From Auanema rhodensis (Eukaryota > Animalia > Nematoda), in assembly GCA_964057225.1 (NCBI GenBank), contig OZ059896.1, positions 15,314,001 through 15,378,000 on the forward strand: a stretch of 64,000 nucleotides of DNA. Direction: 5' to 3'. The notes under the pieces were generated by a model. It had not been told where the DNA came from, ran no database searches, and was given only the letters and a program-made list of their open reading frames with translations. Below are positions 59,038 to 64,000 of this stretch, piece after piece; the first letter of the stretch is position 1; the number at the start of each line of letters is the position of its first letter. Made by a program: the position numbers and the translations under genes.

Positions 59038-62000
59038 TTTTTTCATATTAAGTGAATAAAAAGAAAAACAAAAATAGTTGTGAATGAGCATAACAGGATA
59101 ATATTCGTCCTATCCATTGTCCAACATATTGTTCTTCATTGATATTCGCTTCGATGAGCCATTTTCTCAATGAAAAATGAGAAACAAGAGACTGTGACAG
59201 ATTTCCATTATACTCATTCTTATACTTGTCTCATCTTTATTATAATATTTTGATGAAATTCATATTGTATATGATGTTGTGTCTGTGTGAGAGCAAGAGC
59301 TAGAGAGATAAATCCTAGCTTTAACTATTGAGAAGCGAAAAAATTGTTTTGACAGAAAGGGTATTTCATACGCTTGCTCAAGCCAATTACCTCGTTTGGC
59401 TTTGAGCTATCGCTCTTAAACTGTTTTCTTGTCTCCATATGGTTAATAGACAATTAGCAATATATATATTATATATACATCATACTAAAAACAGGACAAC
59501 CAACATCTTCAAATCTTGGGAGCTGCCAGATTAAGCTTGAGACAGTTATATGGCCCGTCCGAGAGATATTAAGCAAATCATAGCACAGTCTATGATGAGA
59601 TTCCTTACTTGACTTGCTGACACAGGAAACTCGATGGCTTCTCCTGATCGTGCAAGATGGATGGAAATGTCAAGATGCAACTATTTATGTAATATTTACG
59701 GCTAAGTGTCCTTCTTAGCCATATTCAACCATCAAGACTCTCTCAGTTACCCTGCTCTTATATACTTTGCTGGCACAATCTGTTCCGACCCACGTAAGCA
59801 ATATGCCTCCTAAAAACCATGGGTCAACTTCTTTAGTTCAAAAAAGCTACTTAAACAGCTTGTGTCTGTAACCAAAATAGATAACAATCAAAAAACATTA
59901 GTATTTGTCTGTCAAGTCTCTTATCATCATTACCAAAAATTAGCATATGTCGTGTGTGTCTATTTTACGTCATATTTAACGTCAGTACGCTTTCCTGCAG
60001 ATATTTCATTTTCATGAGCTTATTGATGAACGGTTGTATTGTCATGGTAATCCGTTTGCACTCAATAGCAGATGAGCAAAATGAAAAAAAATGTAAGAAA
60101 ATGAATTTGATAATGAAGGAAAATATATGAATGAAGTCATAAATAAAATAAATTTAGATATTTAATATAAAGGGGAGTCAGAAAGAGAGAGAGAAAGAGA
60201 GAAGTGTTCAAAGAAAAATGTTCGTTTTCTTATTCTTCATATTCTTAATCCTTTTTCTAGCCATTGCTAAAATCTAATTTAGACATTCATGCTATTTTAT
60301 TTCAAAAGTAACTAGACACAACAGAATAGAGAGAGAAAACGATTGAAAAGGCCACTTATTGAAGTTTCAAATTGAAAAAAAAAGTTTTTTAATAAAGAGA
60401 ATAGCAGCAAAATCGTGCAGCTTTCTTCCTTTTCTTTTCAACTTTTCTAATTTGAATGGATTGTCTCCTTTCTTTTATTTTTTGTTTCATTTTAATCTTA
60501 TATAAGTTATAACTAGAAAACTTCTTTAAAATCGTGTAAAAGATATAGAAAGATTTCAAGATATATTTTCAAAATAGATAGTTTTGAAGAGTATATGTGC
60601 GAAATTTCAAAGAAGGCATATTGAATCCCATATTACCCTTATAATGTTCTGAATAAATCCGTACAAACGAAGATACGAAAGTTCCAGAAATAGATAAAGA
60701 GAGGAGAGAGAAAGAGAGAGAGAGATCATAGTCGTTTGTATTTGATTATTCACATTACGTGATATCATCATCTAAATAATACCGCTATCATATAGCTTAT
60801 TCCGTCCATCATTAATGGTTTTATATGGCTTGTTGTGTCAGCCTCATCACCCTACGAACACGGCTTGTTGTTAGTTCGATTGACCCTTTGGCGGCAATGC
60901 GCAAAGATGCTGATCATTCTCAAGCAATAACAACATACCGTTCGTTTCATCAAATAGATATTAAGCTATGATATGAAAAGGAAAGCTTTCAATCATACCC
61001 TCTATGATAGAGACCTTCGGGTTCGGGACAATGGGACTACTACAGGTCGACTAGAAAGCAATTAGACTCAAATATCACTGTAATCATAATCCCTAATTAC
61101 GTATACGGCTATTAACGCCCGGCTTATAGGTGACGTCAATATTTCGTCTTAAAATGACCAATTTCATGCATCATCTGGCTGCTCCTCTCTTTCTAGCTCT
61201 TATTCTCTCTAGATCTCATGTTCTCGTTCGAAACCCTTCGAGTCGAAGAGTGGAAAGGGATATCGTTACTAAGCCTCTCTTTACCTTAAGATTTCAATGA
61301 ATGAATATGCCCTTTTATAGAACAAACTATAGTTTCTGCATCCAATAATAACTGCTTAAAGCTCTATGTTAAGCCCTCCCGCATCGAGGTGACTAGTAAA
61401 ATAAGGAAATCTAGAGGAAGCACAATTGAAAGAGACGGAGCTTGAAGAAGATGAAGAAATATAAGAAAATGAAAGAAGTCAAAGCAATCAAATAAACACA
61501 AATACTATTTCCTCCGAAATTTTCAAATACACAGCAAGTTCTCAAGATAGCTTTTCCTCTATGATTACTGAAAGTATAAAACACAACATAATCAGCTTCA
61601 ACTTCTTTTCAACTTCAACTTCTATGTCATGTTTTACCACTCTTTGTCTTCACAAGCATGCTCTTGTTCTGGTGTTATCGAAAAAATTCGCTAAGCCCTC
61701 CTATCAACCTGGGGATTAAGCTCAAAGTATTATATTGCCTTATATTCTATTGAGTCAAACTGCCTTCTGTCATTTTATTCACCATCCTCTTATATGGTGA
61801 TGAAAAAGAATAGCCGCTACTAGTATTCGAAAGGATACTTAGATATTTTGAGAGAAAAATATAAGGAGTGAAAGACATTTGTGCTCCTCACTACATCAGT
61901 CAAGATCTTCCGGTCTTTACTATGATCATGGGCGTCCTTCCGGCTGTTCAACTAGGTCTATTTTTCCTAATGAACGAGTAGACTAGAACTAAACATTGGA

Positions 62001-64000
62001 AAAATAGAATAAAGAGAATGTGATTGAGTGTGTGGATGTGTCTGAGAGGAACAGAGATTCTAGTGTATTGAGGGCGAGTTATGAGAGACAGGAGGAAGAA
62101 CAGGAAAGAGCAGTATATGGCTGGGTCACACCAAGATTTGTCAAGCGGCTGACCCATTGCAAATAGGCGTTGAGATCCTTTCCATATACAGAGTAATCAG
62201 CTACACATAGCTATTGACATTGGCAACAGTTCTCGAAGGTGTTAAAAAATCTGAGAACAATCTCACATATACACAGTCATATATCTCTAATCTCTAAGCC
62301 TATATATGAGGAAGTTTTCTCAAGAAGTACAAGGTCAGATCAAACCTGAAACAGGCTATTGGCACCTACACACATACACACACACACACACAGCTCAGAA
62401 GAGTTTCAAGTTATAGGTGCTACTGCTGCAGTAGCTGAAAATAAGCAAAATGTTGAGAAGTACGAAAGGGGAAACTTGAATATGTTGATAAAACTTCGAA
62501 AAGCAATTCAGTTTTAAGTAGACAGGCATGCATGTATGCGTGTAGTACCCGTATTCAGTCATGCTATATATGAGAAAAAGGGAGAAGCATCTTCAGAGCT
62601 TTGCATCAAATTTCTTGTTCAAAAAGCCCCGTTGTCATAAATAACTAACCATGCTTTTCCTTTTCTCGTCTTGCCGCCTATCCTGTCCCTTACCCTCTTT
62701 ACATACTCTCCTCGTTTTCAAGTTTATTCGTTTCTTTTTTTCGTCTATATATCCGAAAAATAAGAAGAAGAAGAACAAGAAAATATGGGTATAAATGTAC
62801 GTGTTTCGGATATTTATCTCAGTTTGTGAATAGAGAACAAGGCGACAAGTACTAAAACAGACAACTTCATGTGCTGCAACACGAATGTTCATTGTCGGAC
62901 ACTGCATGTCAGGGTTGCAAACATCAGACAAGCATCAGCAACATTGAGAGCTTATCAGCCTTAAAAGATTATTTGGCTGTAATGTTGCCATATATTGCAG
63001 GAGCAACTGCTTTTGTCTGATCTCGACCCATTTAAGGTAATTGGTCAAAAATGTCATAAAAAAGACAAATAGAAGTCGGACACAACGGCACCGCATATCA
63101 AAAATGGATAGGCACAGATGAGCAAACATGGCCCAATAAGAATCTGCGAGAACATGTGTCACTTGGAGGTCGTTCAGCTCATCTATTGAAAAAAAACCTT
63201 ATGATGAGATGAAAAACAAACGAAAGAAACAGAGTAAGAGTTAGAGATAGAGGACAAGAGGACTGTCAATTACTATTATTATTCCGGAGTTGCTTGTCGA
63301 ACCAGGCACTTAGCTAAAGTAATGTTTTAACCTAAATGACCAAGGCTGTAAGGAGGCGATAAGACATGAAAAGGAACCGAAGAAAACGAGGCTGAAACAC
63401 CCAAACCCAAGACTCTGAATGCACATGCTGATGCAGACAATTCACATTAATGGGTATATGGAGGAGCTTAGTTATGATAGTTAAAGTCAATTCCCGCTTG
63501 TTCGTTAAAACCTAGAATTCAAATAACTTTTTTCGAACTGAACAACCATGAGAACATTGATACCAGTCTACACCCACATGCATTCAAGGAGCTTCCAAGA
63601 GAAAAAGAGTGTGGGGGGAGAAATGAAGATCTAAAAACGAGGGAAATATGCTGGCATCAATGGCTTAGTGACCAACCACATTAATGTTGGAAAAAGATGA
63701 CAATTAGTTGCTTTGCCATCAAATTTTATACAAGAATCATATAATTGGAAGCTCTCAACTCTTCCATTTTTGTCTCCTTCTCTCTCTTAAGCTTAATGCT
63801 GGAGCATGAGCTGAGAGCGTTGATATAATAGGGTACCGAGTGACGAAGAAAGAGTCTATCCGCCTCATTAGTCATCCCAAATCTTCTATCATCATAACAC
63901 CGAATCTCAAATGTCAACTTTGACTGAAAGGAACTAGAGCTAACCAACGTAAACTGGAGGAAGTCTATATCAGCAACTTGAAGCTTTTTTCAATAGCAGA

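Overview
Eukaryotic, AT-rich, intron-dense nematode DNA. It looks rhabditid-like, with many ~45-55 nt introns, frequent TAG/AAG acceptors and abundant (GA)n/(TA)n microsatellites; the species cannot be named from sequence alone. Left to right: (1) a PiT/SLC20 phosphate transporter gene (pitr-1-like, +); (2) a 294-bp tandem array of six identical tRNA-Ala(UGC) genes; (3) ~11 kb of non-coding upstream DNA; (4) a complete L-type Ca2+ channel alpha-1 gene (egl-19, +, ~38 coding exons); (5) a 3.4-kb block bounded by 5S rDNA repeat sequence; (6) a convergent Ig/FN3 receptor tyrosine phosphatase gene (-) whose 5' end I could not place. The 5S block is the most unusual part. An intact 8-exon Srx-type chemoreceptor gene sits between 30-bp direct repeats of 5S spacer, next to one intact 5S gene and one deleted 5S gene. 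The 491-bp 5S unit has no SL1 leader but carries a hairpin/Sm-site/hairpin small-RNA candidate. A degenerate copy of the spacer start lies upstream of egl-19. Inside egl-19 there is a folded GC-rich element just after the IQ exon, a candidate in-frame microexon, and three consecutive stop-free 3n introns. Exon boundaries were read by eye and no database searches were run.
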